Below, piece after piece: positions 25,156-39,911 of a stretch of 64,000 bases of DNA. The DNA comes from Octopus vulgaris (Eukaryota), in the NCBI GenBank assembly GCA_951406725.2, contig OX597838.1:4402001-4466000 (forward strand). Reading direction: 5' to 3'. The position numbers and the translations under genes were made by a program. Each line of letters opens with the position of its first letter. Position 1 is the stretch's first letter. The notes below the pieces were generated by a model. That model was not told the origin of the DNA and made no database searches. It worked only from the letters and a program-made list of their open reading frames with translations.

Positions 25156-26026
25156 TACGACGAGCTTCTTTCAGTTTCCGTCTACCAAATCCACTCACAA
25201 GGCTTTGATCGCCCCGAGGCTATAGTAGAAGACACTTGCCCAAGGTGAAACGCAGTGGGACTGAACCCGGAACCATGTGGTTGGTAAGCAAGCTACTTAC
25301 CACGAACTTAGTGGTTAGGTTATTCGGTTCACGATCGCATGGTCGAGAGTTCAATTCCCGGCGACGCGTTATGTCCTTGGGCAAGTCACTTTATTGCACT
25401 TTGTTTCATTCCCCTCAGCTGACAGAAAAGGGGCTGCATGTAACTTGAAAGGGGCCAACGTTGTCACATTCTGTATCACACTGAATTTCCCTGGGAACTA
25501 CATTAAGAGTACACATGTCTGTGGGGTACTCAGCCACTTGTTACACTCGTCGTCGTATCTTGCAAGATTACGGTACCCCGATGTGGGGTGGAGGGTGGGG
25601 GCAGCTTTATGCTTGGGAGATGAGGAGTAGAATGTACGGGAGAAGATGGACCGAGGATAACAGGTTTCTTGCCATGGTGGGGCAACATGGTGACTCGCAT
25701 TTTAGAAGTGAAGGTGGGAGTTATCGGTCGGTAGAGCAACAAGGCGATAAAAATAGTGATGATGAAGTGACAGAATGGATCGTCAAGGCAGGAGGTGGGT
25801 AGAAACGAGTAGTTGGGTGGAGGTTGCCGGATAGCATGGGGTGGGGTTGAGAAATGGGGATGTTAGTACTGAGTGGGGAGAGTAGGGGATGACTGGCAGC
25901 GCAGAAGGGCAAAATAGTCACAATGAACAGTGGTCAGGAGATAGTGGTCAAGATGAAATAGCAGCCAAATCACTTTCAAATCATACGCCAAGGAAAAGAA
26001 CGGACATACTGGACATAATGTAGCCT

Positions 26027-26400
26027 GTGTGGAGGCGCAATGGCGCAGTGGTTAAGGCAGCGGACTCGCGGTCGTAGGATCGCAGTTTCGATTCCCAGAC
26101 CGAGCATTGTGAGTGTTTATTGAGCGAAAACATCTAAAGCTCCTGCCGGAGGTGGTGGCAAACCCTGCTGTCCTCTTTCACCACAACTTTCTCTCACTCC
26201 TTGTTTCTCTTGTACCTGTATTTCAAAGGGGCCAGCCTTGTCACACTCTGTGTCACGCTGAATATCTCCCCGAGAACTACGTTAAGGGTACACGTGTCTG
26301 TGGAGTGCTCAGCCACTTGTACGTTAATTTCACGAGCAAAGCTCTTCCGTTGATCATATCAGGTGGGACTCTCATCGTAGCAACCGACGGAGTGCCAGGA
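26027..26400 (+). mobile_element. tRNA-derived SINE family C
   Basis: tRNA-like head TGGCGCAGTGG...GTTTCGATTCC; tail shared with 11616-11905 and 25305-25545; head fragment on the minus strand at 58990-59117. Confidence 0.8.
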
Positions 26401-26692
26401 ATGTAGCCTTAAGAAAGAAGACGCGATGGTCGTGACAGGAATGTCTTTCGTTGTATGACTTCTTTACAGTGGGGAGTGATTTAAATGGAGACTTGACTAC
26501 TATTTCTAACAGGCCGAGTGACCATGTACAAGGCTCCACTGGGTGCGGTGGGGTGGGGGGCTGGTTGTTGCTGTTGCTGTAAGGGATGGGGAAGGGAGGG
26601 CGTTTCTTTTTTAATTGCAGTCGTGTTGATATTACTGTCTGTTAACATGAACAATTAACGCCGCCACCACCACCACCACCACCACCACCACC

Positions 26693-26760
<68 letters not shown>

Positions 26761-26774
26761 CACAGCTACTACCT

Positions 26775-26817
<43 letters not shown>

Positions 26818-27377
26818 GCTACAACCTTACTACTACTACTACTACTACTACTACCTACTACTACTACTACCACCACCAGCACCACCACCACGAAGTCTAC
26901 AAGGACCATTGCAACAGACACAAGAACATCAGCAACAACAATAGGCCTCGGTAGAAAAAACAGCAGCAGCAGCAACGACAATGCAAGATCGGCAGCAGGA
27001 CGAACTTTCAAAGCCTGTCGCGCTTCCCTGGCCCACCCCGACTCTTTCACAAGTGTCTGGAATGTCAGCACATTATAACACAGGTGCCAAGATGTTGGAC
27101 AGGTGAAAATTGGCTTGTTTTGGTGGTGGTGGTGGTGGTGGTGGCGGGGGGGAAGCAGAGGAGGGGGATTAATATGGGGATTGTGTGTGTGTGTGTGTAT
27201 GTGTGTGTGTGTATTTGTGCGTATACACTCACACAGCCGCGCACGCACACACAGAAGCCCGACCCCGCAACAATTGGTTTATGTTTTCGCACATGCTCTC
27301 ACACATCACCACCCCATTCCTATGTCCACACTGACGCCTTAAAACAAAGACGCACACACACACACACACATAAAGAA

Positions 27378-27425
<48 letters not shown>

Positions 27426-27596
27426 AGATACATAGATACATACATACATACATATATATATATATATACATACATACATATGTATATATATGTATGTATA
27501 TGTATGTATATATATATAAACTTAGATAAACTTAGATATGTTTCGACCAAAGATTGGTCCAGGCCATGTCTAACTTAATAGCACCACCTGAATGCA

Positions 27597-27645
<49 letters not shown>

Positions 27646-27665
27646 CATACATACATATAAACAAA

Positions 27666-27719
<54 letters not shown>

Positions 27720-28132
27720 TCACACAGACACACACACACACACACTTTCACTTGCCGCTAGTTAGTTTAGTGCTGTCTCTGCGGCGGCGGTGGTGGTCAT
27801 TACGAGAATAACCGACCGTTTCAAAGAGGAATTGTCAAAGTCAGGTTTGAGACACGGCAAAACGTTTACCAGCAACGTCAACAGCAGCAGCAGCAAAAAG
27901 GTTAAAGTGGGAGATCGATGACAAAGAGAGAGAGAGGGGGGGATGAGAAGGAGGAAGACAGAGAAAGAGTGGGAGAAAAATAAAAATGGAAGGATGAAGG
28001 GAGATGAGGGTGTGCGATAGAGGGACAGAGAGGGCAACAGAGGGAGAATGAGAGGGAGAGGAAGAGAAAGGAGGGAGAGGGAGAGGGAGAGAAGAGAGGA
28101 GGTTGGAGAGACAGGGTAAGAGAACGAGAGAA

Positions 28133-28172
<40 letters not shown>

Positions 28173-29432
28173 CGAAAGAGCGAGAGTGTGAGAACGAGAG
28201 AGAAGGCCATTCATGCACACACACACATACACACACACATGCGCGCGCACCAACTGGACTGGGCAATGCATTAAACTACATCCGGTGGTGAGATTCTAAG
28301 CTGGAAGTTCCGTAATTTTGTTGGGTACGGGGTAACCCCTTCGTGACCTGTATAGTCTCAGGCCCGCCCCTGCTCGAGGTGGCAGTATCTGCTAAAAGTT
28401 CCAATTACGGATCAAACAGCAGAAGATAGCTTCTTGTTGATGAGACATACCTATTTCTTTACTGCCCACAAGGGGCTAAACACAGAGGGGACAAACAAGG
28501 GCAGACAAATGGGTTTAAGTCGATTATATCGACCTCAGTGCGTAACTGGTACTTATTTAATCGACCGCGAAAGGATGAAAGGCAAAGTCGAACTCAGAAC
28601 GCAGCGGCGGACGAAATACCACAAAGCATTTCGCCCGGCGTGCTAACGATTCTGCCAGCTTGCCACCTACATACAGGACTCAGAGGAGACATGGGTCATA
28701 CAGACACATTGGTGCGCAGGCAAACCCTAATGTCACAGGAACCAGACCAGTCCCCTCTGCCTAAGGGTTGGGCCTCTATGGTAAGCTCCTCAGAGCCAAA
28801 GACTAGCAGAGTTAATTGTAAACAAACCGGCAGAAGGCAACAACGAGAAAGCATCGTTGTCCCTTTCCCAAGAAAATATGAAAACCGGTGTCGGTGTGCT
28901 TACGTCCCTGTAACTTAGCGGCTTGACAAAAGAGTCTAATGGAATAAGTATCAAGCTTAAAAAACAGAAAATAAGAACCGGAGTCGATTACTTCGACTGA
29001 AATACTTCAAGGCGGTGCCCCAGTATGGCGGTTGACTAATGACTGAAACAAGAAAAAAATGAAATAAAAAAATAAGTCCTCAGACCTTGGCATAGAGTTT
29101 CACGATTGCTGACTGCATGACACATAAAGACAGATGCAATAAGCACGTGTTGTTTGTTGTATATTGGGTGGGTCATTGCGCGAAACGAAATCGCACAAAC
29201 TGGTTATAGTTCACTTCTTTTTTACTGTATTTTCTGCCACAAAAGTCGACGTAGTGTATATCGTAAACACTCAAACATCATCATTGCCTTTCGCATGGAA
29301 TTTTTGGTCCTCCAAAATTGTCTTGGCGGATAGGGATGATGATGATGATGATGATGATGATGAAGTGGAGGAGGAGGAGAGGAGAATCACGATCATGATG
29401 ATGGTGATGGTGACGACGACAACGTCGACGAC

Positions 29433-29477
<45 letters not shown>

Positions 29478-29628
29478 GTCGATGATGGCGATGATGGCGA
29501 TCAACATTTTTCTATTGGTTGAAAATTTTGGTCCGAAAACCTCGATACGTCTGTTCGTTTGTCAGAAAATACGGTAATTGATTGAAAGTATAACGAAAAA
29601 CATTCGATAGATCGATTAATACATACAA

Positions 29629-29661
<33 letters not shown>

Positions 29662-29704
29662 TGTATGTATGTATGTATGTATGTATGTATGTATGTTTGT
29701 ACGC

Positions 29705-29985
29705 GTGTATGATTCAGCACTCTGAACTTAAAATATCCTGTCGCAAAAGAACAATTGGGATTGTAATCAACAGTGGACATTGGATACGTATTATCAGTGA
29801 CCGTGTTCTGTTGCCAAAAGCAGGATACGAGAACCATATGAAGTCACATGAAAATCGTAATGCCCAGACAAGTAATGGTCTTGGACACCAACCGCCTCTT
29901 ACGACAATAGAATACATATGCTAGTTCACAAAAAACATCCCTTCAGAATCAGATTACAAAGGGCAAACATATAGAAACAAGTTGA
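29705..29985 (+). mobile_element. RTE-type LINE C-terminal zinc-finger remnant
   Basis: IQHSELKISCRK...DRVLLPKAGYENHMKSH resembles the C2H2-like tail of RTE/BovB-type ORFs. Confidence 0.5.
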
Positions 29986-30322
29986 ACAACATCTGTCACT
30001 TGTGTTTTAAACCCTGTCAGTCAGCAGCTATGTCACGGGGACGTAAACTCACCAACATAGGTTGTCGTATATATAAATATATATATATACAACGGGCTTC
30101 TTTCAGTTTCCGTCAGCCGAATCTACTCACACGCATTTGGTCAGCCGGAGGCTATAGTAGAAGACATATGCCTAAGATGCCATGCTGTGGGACTGAACCC
30201 GGAACCATGTGGTTGGTAAGCAAGTTTCTTACCACACACCCACATATACATAAATATATGTGTATATATATATATATATACACATATATTTATGTATATG
30301 TATATGTGTGTATATATATATG

Positions 30323-30448
<126 letters not shown>

Positions 30449-31023
30449 AAATAGGTGGGGTTGAAAGTCGTAGACGAAGTATTTACGCAACAATGGTGCT
30501 TAGCTCGATTTTCCGTTTCTCCTTTACTTCCATCAATGCGTCTCCCCTTACGACACCTCCACCACCTCCACCACGACCACCACCACCATAAGTACCGCCA
30601 CCACATGCTCTACAACCCCCACCCCAACATCTCTCTCTCTCTCTCACACACACACACAGAGACAAAAGTGGAACAGTACATGTTACTTCTACGTTAAGAG
30701 TTTGCACTTCTTAATATCTCATATCCGATTGTCTTGTGAAAGAATCTGGAAGGATGGGTCGTGGTACAATGATGGTAGCTTCTTCTCTTTTCCTACTCGC
30801 CTTCAACTCCGACTTTGGAACCGAATGCAACAAACAAGGCTCAATTTTGGAAGTAAATTCCTTCTCCAAGGCATTGGCGGTGCTAAAGACAGACTCAGAG
30901 CGATCTAAGCACATTATTTCTAAGCATATTGTATTCTGTGTCAAAAATTTGAAATAATAATCTATTCTACTCTAGGAAACTGTGTGGAAGCGTGTCGCGT
31001 GCATGTGTGTGTGTGTGTGTGTA

Positions 31024-31210
31024 AAAGAGAGGGAGAGAGAGGAATAGAGGGGGAGAGAGAGAAAGAGAGGGGGGAGAGGGAAAGAGAGAGGGCGAGAGAG
31101 AAAGAGAGAGGGTGAGAGAGGGAGAGAGAGAAAGATAGGGGGAGAGAGAGAAAGAGAGAGGGTGAGAGAGAAAGAGAGAGGGGAGAGAGAAAGAGAGAGG
31201 GGAGAGAGAG

Positions 31211-31243
<33 letters not shown>

Positions 31244-31390
31244 GGAGAGAGAGAAAGAGAGAGAGGGCGAGAGAGAAAGAGAGGGGGAGAGAGAGAAAGA
31301 GAGGGGGAGAGAGAGAAAGAGAGGGGGAGAGAGAGAAAGAGAGGGTGTGAGAGAGAAAGAGAGAGAAAGAGAGAGAAAGAGAGGGGAGAG
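31024..31390 (+). repeat. GA-rich polypurine tract
   Basis: Direct reading. Confidence 0.9.
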
Positions 31391-32076
31391 TCCTTATGTT
31401 TGTATTTGTCCCCAGCATCACTTAACAACCGGTGTTGCTTTGTTCATGTCCCTTGTAACATAGCGGTTAAGCAAAACAGCCCGATGGAGTAAGTACAAGA
31501 TGTAAAAATAAAGTCGGGGCTAGATTTGTACGACTAAAACCTTTCAAAGCGATGCTCCAGTATGGCCGCAGTCCAATCACTGAAACATGTAGAATGAGAA
31601 TTGTGTCTCCACAACTGGAATACATTTTCCTTGTCCTTTCCTGTCTTGCAGGAGACTTGGCAGCCCCACCAGTGCTGGTGCCACATAAAGAAAAAGGCAC
31701 CCAGTCTAGTCTGTAAAATGGTTGGCGATAGGAAAGGCATCCAGTCGTAGAAACCCATGCAAAAGCAGAACATAGGAACTTGATGCAGCCCTGTGGATCA
31801 ACGGACCCTTTCAAACCGCCCTCCTTTCGAACCGTCCAACTCATGCCACCATAGAAAACGGACGTTATGATGATGATGATGATGGCAGTTGAAGGAAATT
31901 TGGCTGCTATTTTTAGCAAGACGAGTGCCAGCGCTGACGTCCCCACTCTTCCGCCTTCTCTTGTGACAGTCGGGTCTGGTCTAGGATTGTGCTATCACGG
32001 CTTCCATTATGTTCACACGGATTCTATGGGGTGTAGAGCGGAAAGTCTGTGTACATGCATACGTCTGTCTCTCTGC

Positions 32077-32167
<91 letters not shown>

Positions 32168-32220
32168 CCTACCTACCTACCTACCCACCTATATATCTGT
32201 CTATATACATACATATATAT

Positions 32221-32259
<39 letters not shown>

Positions 32260-33214
32260 ACTTATAAGCATACATACACACGTGTGCGCGCGCACACGCA
32301 CACCCATGTCATGTGGAGACGTCGTGGCGATTGTGTCACTGTCAGAGTAAGTGGTGAGTGAGAGGGAAGGTGGGATATATGGAGGAGGAGAAGGGTGGTA
32401 GACAATGGAGGGGGGTGGGCACGGTCAGATCATGTCATGTGAATTACAATGGCGTAGTCAACGCAAGTCGTTGTTTAGTACAAAGGTTATTTTTGATCAA
32501 GCAGACTTTTGATCAAAAGCATTCCAAACGTGATCATCCCGTCTTTTATTAAAACTATTATTTAAAGGCAGCGGTGAGCTGGCAAGAAACGTTAGCACTC
32601 CGGACAAAATGCTCAACAGTATTTCGTCCGTCTTTACGTTCTGAGTTCAAATACCGCTGAGGTCGACTTTGCCTTTTATTCTTTCGGGGGTCGATAAATT
32701 AAGTACCAGTTACGCACTGGGGTCGATGTAATCGACTTAATACCTATGTCTGTCCTTGTTTGTCCCCTCTGTGTTTAGCCCCTTGTGGGTAATAAAGAAA
32801 TAGGTATTTCGTCTGTTTTTACGTTCTGAGTTCAAATACCGCTGAGGTCGACTTTGCCTTTTATCCTTTCGGGGGTCGATAAAATAAGTAACAGTGAAAC
32901 ATTGGGGGTCGATGTAATCGACTTACTCCCTTCCCTAAATTGCAGGCCTTGTGCCTATATTAGAAAGGGTTATTAAAGAAGTCATTATTAAAGGCGGAGA
33001 AAGGCGACGAACTGGAGAGTTAAGTCACTCACAACGACCCCAGTGACCCCGAAAGATCAACGACCCCGAAAGATCAACAGCCTTGTGTTCGCGGGCCAAG
33101 GCGTGTCTCAGGTTAAGGCCTATGGTTGTGGCTAACAGCTTGGAGAGAAATTGACGCAGGAACAATGACTTGCCCATGATATATTCACGATGGTGACAAC
33201 CAGACCAGAACCCA

Positions 33215-33538
33215 TTTTGTTTGTTTGTCCTTAGACAAGATATCTCAAGAACCGCGGCATGGATTCCGATGAAACTTTCAGGGAAGTTTGGCCTCGTGAC
33301 TGGCACGAACTGATTAGATTTTGGGATCAATCCAGTACCGGACAACGATTCTGGATTATTTTTCCGCTTTTTCTTTTACATAATTTTTGAGAGCCAGGTT
33401 CATTTTTAGCATTCTCGTTTGTGAGAGCAGTCGAGTTTATTTCAGATATTCTCATTTTAAAAATCATCTCTGGCTAATCGTTGAGAGGACATTGGTGTTG
33501 CCTTGGCGGATGTTTGCGTTCTCTGAGTGCTCTTGTTA
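33215..33538 (+). mobile_element. Non-autonomous Helentron/HINE (DINE-1-like) fragment
   Basis: (TTTG)n followed by ATGAAACTTT...GATTAGATTTTGGG and a 3' end CCTTGGCGGA...GCGTTCTCTGAGTGC-TCTTGTT. Confidence 0.6.
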
Positions 33539-33572
33539 CTATTATTATTATTATTATTATTATCATCATCAC

Positions 33573-33617
<45 letters not shown>

Positions 33618-34937
33618 TATTATTATTATTGTTGTTGTTGTTGTTGTTGTTGTTATTATTATTATTAATTTGCCAATAATAATAATAATAATAATTTTTT
33701 TGCAAATTGCTCTTTTATAGTCTACACGTTTCTATGTAAAGAGCTGGCCGAATTGTTAGCACACCGGACAAAATGCTTAGCGGCATTTCGTCCGTCTTTA
33801 TGTTCTGAGTTCAAATTCCGCCGAATTTAATATTGGGGTTGATGTAATCGATTAACATCCTCCCCCCCCCCACAATTATTCCAGGCTTTGTGCTTATGAT
33901 AGAAAAAAAACTATATGAGTCAGGACATGTTGTAAGGGGTTTCGTACGTAAGTCGTAGCAGGTGTCCTATATAGCGTGGTAATGGGGTCGTGTTGCGTAG
34001 AGAGAGTAAACGTGACTGTGAGGCCCTGGTGAATGAGGGTAAGCTGTGTTAGTCAGCCAAAGTACATGATATTCAGGCTGGGGGCCGGGGATTCACACAA
34101 ATAACACAAAAATAGGTGATCGCCTGAAGGGGATCTGAAATCTGTGTCACCAAGCAAATTCTGAACAACTTAGATATCTAAAATATCTTAATCCAACTGA
34201 AAACAGGAAAAGCTGGGGATACAGAGAGGAAGTGGGGTTTACTTTGGAACAGAGAAATAGGGGTGGTGGGTCTGCAGGAAGACTGGGTAGGGAAGAGGTG
34301 CTGGTCACGTGGTGTTACGACCGATCCGAAACGTAACGTTTCATATTTCACCTTGTGATTGACACGTTCCGATGTGTTTTGTTTATCTTCAATCTTTAAT
34401 CGTTTATTCGTTTCAGTCATTGGACTGTGGCGCTTTTGGGGGCGGGAGTCGAACCCCAGGACTTATGGTTATTTTGCAAAGCCTGGTACTTATTCTATCG
34501 GGTCTCCTTTTGCCAAGCCGCTAAGATACGGGGAACGAAAACAAACCAACAGCGGTTGTCAAACGGTGGTGGTGTGAGGCGGAGGGATGAAGGGCGCAGC
34601 TGACGGCGAAAACACAAACATACACCACAGGCTTCTTTCAGTTTCCTTCATATAAAATCTTTTCGCAAGAACCCGGAACTATAATAGAAGACACTCGCCT
34701 ATGGTGCTGTGCAATGGGACTGAACCCAAGATCTCACGGTTGGGAAGCAAACTTCTTAAGCACGCAACCACGCCTGCGGCAGTGTTTCTTGAAGTTAACC
34801 ATAATTATTTTTGACTGCGTTTCTGTTTTTTGGCAACTGGTGTGAGGCGGAGGGATGAAGGGCGCAGCTGACGGCGAAAGGAAGTCGCAGACAATAATTC
34901 GGAGAAGGCGGGGTGCACAGTTTAAAGCCGGTCGAAA

Positions 34938-34974
34938 GTACTCAGGACATGTGTTGGGCGTAGTATTGCAACCA

Positions 34975-35016
<42 letters not shown>

Positions 35017-35054
35017 CATATGTATATGTATATACATATGAACATATATATATG

Positions 35055-35142
<88 letters not shown>

Positions 35143-35175
35143 TGGTTGCAATACTATGCCCAACACATGTCCCTA

Positions 35176-35213
<38 letters not shown>

Positions 35214-35249
35214 TGGTTGCAATACTATGCCCAACACATGTCCTAAGTA

Positions 35250-35290
<41 letters not shown>

Positions 35291-35321
35291 TGGTTGCAAT
35301 ACTATGCCCAACACACCTAAG

Positions 35322-35377
<56 letters not shown>

Positions 35378-35408
35378 TGGTTGCAATACTATGCCCAACG
35401 CATGTCCT

Positions 35409-35457
<49 letters not shown>

Positions 35458-35493
35458 TGGTTGCAATACTATGCCCAACACATGTCCTAAGTA

Positions 35494-35495
<2 letters not shown>
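34938..35495. repeat. Composite array: five direct copies of a ~39 bp unit separated by (TA)n, plus one inverted copy
   Basis: CCTGGTTGCAATACTATGCCCAACACATGTCCTAAGTAC at 35141, 35212, 35289, 35376 and 35456; reverse-complement copy at about 34938-34977. Confidence 0.92.
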
Positions 35496-35544
<49 letters not shown>

Positions 35545-35766
35545 CTATATATGTCTGTGTATATACACCACACACACACACAACGCTCTCACATTAAAAG
35601 ATGTTATTACAGACACTTCCCACCACTCCTCAAAAACAGGTGTACTATTGCTTAAGCTGCAGATCAACCACCCAGAAGCCCAGTACCAAAACAGATTTCG
35701 CCACCAACACTAGAGAACCCACCAATTAGAACTAAGCATTCGTCAGAGTCAACAACATAAATGTAC

Positions 35767-35797
<31 letters not shown>

Positions 35798-37014
35798 GAC
35801 TACAATACTGGAGATTACATACAACACTTCTACAACCCGGGCCTTCTTTAACCGGTTATAGGGTCTGTTGTCGTAGTGAAGATCCATCTTCTCGGTCCAC
35901 TATTCCTGTGAGAGTTGTTGGGGTACAGTCCGCATACACCTCCTCCACGGGTTCCTACCAGAAGCATCTCTCATTACACCTTGCTGTTGGATCCCCAAGC
36001 ATGATTCTCAATATACCCAACCATCTGGTCCTTAATCTACTAGAGTCCTCAGGCACCTCGTCCGTAGGGTCCCATCAGAACCAAGTCCTTAAAGTCTTGT
36101 CAATTCAGAAAGGTGACCAACAGAATGTATGGGTATTATCCAACCGTCTCGTTCTTGGTCTATCTCTAGGTTTCTTGCTTATCATGGGTGGCGGGGTAGA
36201 GTCCACAAGGACCTCGTCCATGGGGTCCTATCAAGAGCAACGCTCATGACACCTTCTGGGTGGGTTCTCAAACGTAACCAACTGAGACTACAGATATCAA
36301 CCAACTGTCTCATTCTTAATCTACCCTTAATCTACCCTGGGGGCTTGGCTTGAAGAATCCATCTTGCGATTCTTTCTGCTTGCAGGTCAAATACAAATAC
36401 CAGTTTGGACCTGGCGCGAATAAGATCACCAAAAAAACTGTTATATGAAAGGAATTTAAAAGAACAACCACATTGCATCGTCTGTTGTGAGGGCTAACCA
36501 GGGAGTGCTCGGGTCTTATGATAAGGGTCCGTTCGAAAAATATATTGCAGTCTCCAGTCACTGACGATATAACGAACAATAAGGCTGCAAACTGTTCTGC
36601 GAGGCGTGGGGTGGGTTCACAAAGGATACATGGGCCCTTACCCTCACACCTAGATACGCCGAAAGTAATTTATTCACGGGTCTATAAGCTTTATGAGTTC
36701 TAGTACCGAAGCGTCCACTGCACCTACTTTAAGGTGCTACGCTAAGGGTCCTCTCTAAATTTACAGATTAAACATAAAAGCGTAAAAATGATTATGAAAC
36801 TCTTGTAAAACACCATCACAGACAAGAGGGCTGAGAGAAATATGGTAATAGAGGAACCAGAGCAGTTTCTTTGCTCTGGTCTCAACTGTGCTGCGGGTAG
36901 ATGTCCTCTCAATATTCAAGGAGCTGTACGATTTTTAGGGAGGTGCAAGGGCCCGGAAGATAGTCATGTGTCGCTCCGGCGTACTAACGATTCTGCTATG
37001 CTCACCAAAAAACT

Positions 37015-37484
<470 letters not shown>

Positions 37485-37992
37485 CATCCTTTCTACAATA
37501 GGCACAAGGCCTGACATTTTTGGCGAGGGGGCCAGTCGATTTTAATCGACTCCAGTACACAGCTGGTACTTAATTTATCGACCCCGAAAGGATGAAAGGC
37601 AAAGTCGACCTCGGCGGAATTTGAACTCAGAACGTAAAGACAGACGAAATACTGCTAAGCATTTCGCTAACGTTTCTGCCAACTCGGCATCTTCAAAAGA
37701 AAAAATAAATAATAATAATAATAATTGAAGAAAATCGATCAGTTTTTGGACAAATGGACTATTGTCGCTGCACGAAGATTGTACGAACTATCGATCTATT
37801 CAAAGTAGAGAAATCGATATCGATACGACTGCTACAAGTCGGCTGCTTGCCGAGGAAAGTACGAGCAGAAACGAACCAAACATGTAGTTTGGCTGCTATT
37901 TCTTGCAGGCCAGGAACCGATTACCGAGGGAGTCTGTCATTGATTGCTGTTAACTGTGAAAATACTGATAAATCGATATTGAACCTCAATAT

Positions 37993-38047
<55 letters not shown>

Positions 38048-38205
38048 TGTGTGTGTATAAGTGTGTATAAATATATATATATATGTTTGTATACACACAC
38101 ATGTAAATAAATACACGTGTATATGTGTATACATATACATACATATATATATGACCGCTGGTGGCGAAAAAATTTCTCTTGAATTTTTTGCTACCCTGAT
38201 ATTGA

Positions 38206-38332
<127 letters not shown>

Positions 38333-38800
38333 TATATATATACACATATATGTATATGTGCCTGTATACATGTGTGTGTGTGTGTGAACAGTATGTCTTA
38401 TGACCAATAAAGTGGTTCGTCATGAGAAACGGCAATGTTTTGGGATGGTACTAAAAGAACTATTTGGATGTAACCGAATACGTGGTATTTGGCATCACCA
38501 GAAAAACACCACACCTAGACGAAGAATATTGAGGGGGAAACGGTAGAGAATCTCCCTCTTCCTCACGTCAAGAGATTTTGCACATGGAGGCTAGGCAGAA
38601 TCCTGCTACATGTGTGACTATGAGTGTTTGTGTCTCTATATAAATGTATGTATGTATATGTTTGCGTGTGTGTGTGTGTGAATACACACATTGTATACAC
38701 GCACCTGTAGATGTGCATGTATGTTTGTGTATAAATATATATATATACATTTGTTCCACGTCCTCGCGTTGTTGTGTCTTTTGTGCTTTCTTGTTTGGAT

Positions 38801-38850
<50 letters not shown>

Positions 38851-39171
38851 AACACGAATATATATATATATATATATATATCAAATGCCATTACCACAAA
38901 GATTATGAACACGAAAGTTTGTTGAGTTTGTCAACATAATCTTTTGTGGTGAAGATTTGATATATCGCATGTATGTCACTTTTCGTGTTCTCCTTAATTG
39001 GTATATATAAAGATTAATCTTCGGATTCTTTTTTAAGATCAAATGTTCTTTGATCTATCAACTATAATCTTTTATATATATATATATATTTGATATCTAT
39101 ATATATATATATATGATATGTCCATATATTTCGTATATATCCTATATATATATATACATATATATATATAC

Positions 39172-39215
<44 letters not shown>

Positions 39216-39382
39216 TCTTTTGGTTGTTTTGGTCACTGGACTTGGAGTGTTTATTGTGCTTTGGGGGGAACGAAGGGGCTTTTAATGAGGCTTATTGTTA
39301 AATGCTTGTTGCTTATATGCGCGAACTCTAGTTGTCGCACCGCTAAGTTACAAGATCTAAACACTGGCTCCGTTTCTCTAGC

Positions 39383-39413
<31 letters not shown>

Positions 39414-39911
39414 TAAATATATTAAATCGAAACCAGGGCAGAACGAGTACCTGGAATCATTTAGAATAATTTGATTAGGGTAAAGTGAATATATATATAT
39501 ATATATATATATACATACTGACAAACACAAACACACACGCGTATATATTTTCTGAGGCGGTGTGTGGTGTGAAGCGAAGCAGATTTAGCTGCTATTTCTA
39601 GCACGTGTTTTACTTGCTGTAACCTGAACGTATGAGTCACTCATTGATCAGAGTGAAAAAGAAAAGGAAAAAACGAAAAGCAGTCTTGTTATTGTTGCTG
39701 CTGCTTCTGCTGCTGTTTTTGTTGTTGTTGTTGATGCTAATGTTGATGTTAATGTTGATATCGTTGTTGTCTGCCTCCGTTGTTTATCATTTAACACTAC
39801 ATCACTTCTGAACGAATAGATCAATTATAAAAAAAGAAACCGCTCCAACCGTAACCACCACCTTATTATTTTGTAGGGTTTCTCCTAATATATATATAAT
39901 CCTTTTATTAT

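Noticed and set aside
26035-26105. tRNA gene
   Set aside because: A/B boxes are present but continue into a SINE body and the acceptor stem does not close; this is a SINE head.
27520-27570. Hammerhead-like GAAAC-ATAT on the minus strand (similar weak cases at about 2850-2900 and 12940-13010)
   Set aside because: The core or the cleavage triplet is missing; at most decayed remnants.
35141-35495. CRISPR-like repeat-spacer array
   Set aside because: The spacers are (TA)n of variable length rather than unique sequences; eukaryotic context and no cas genes.
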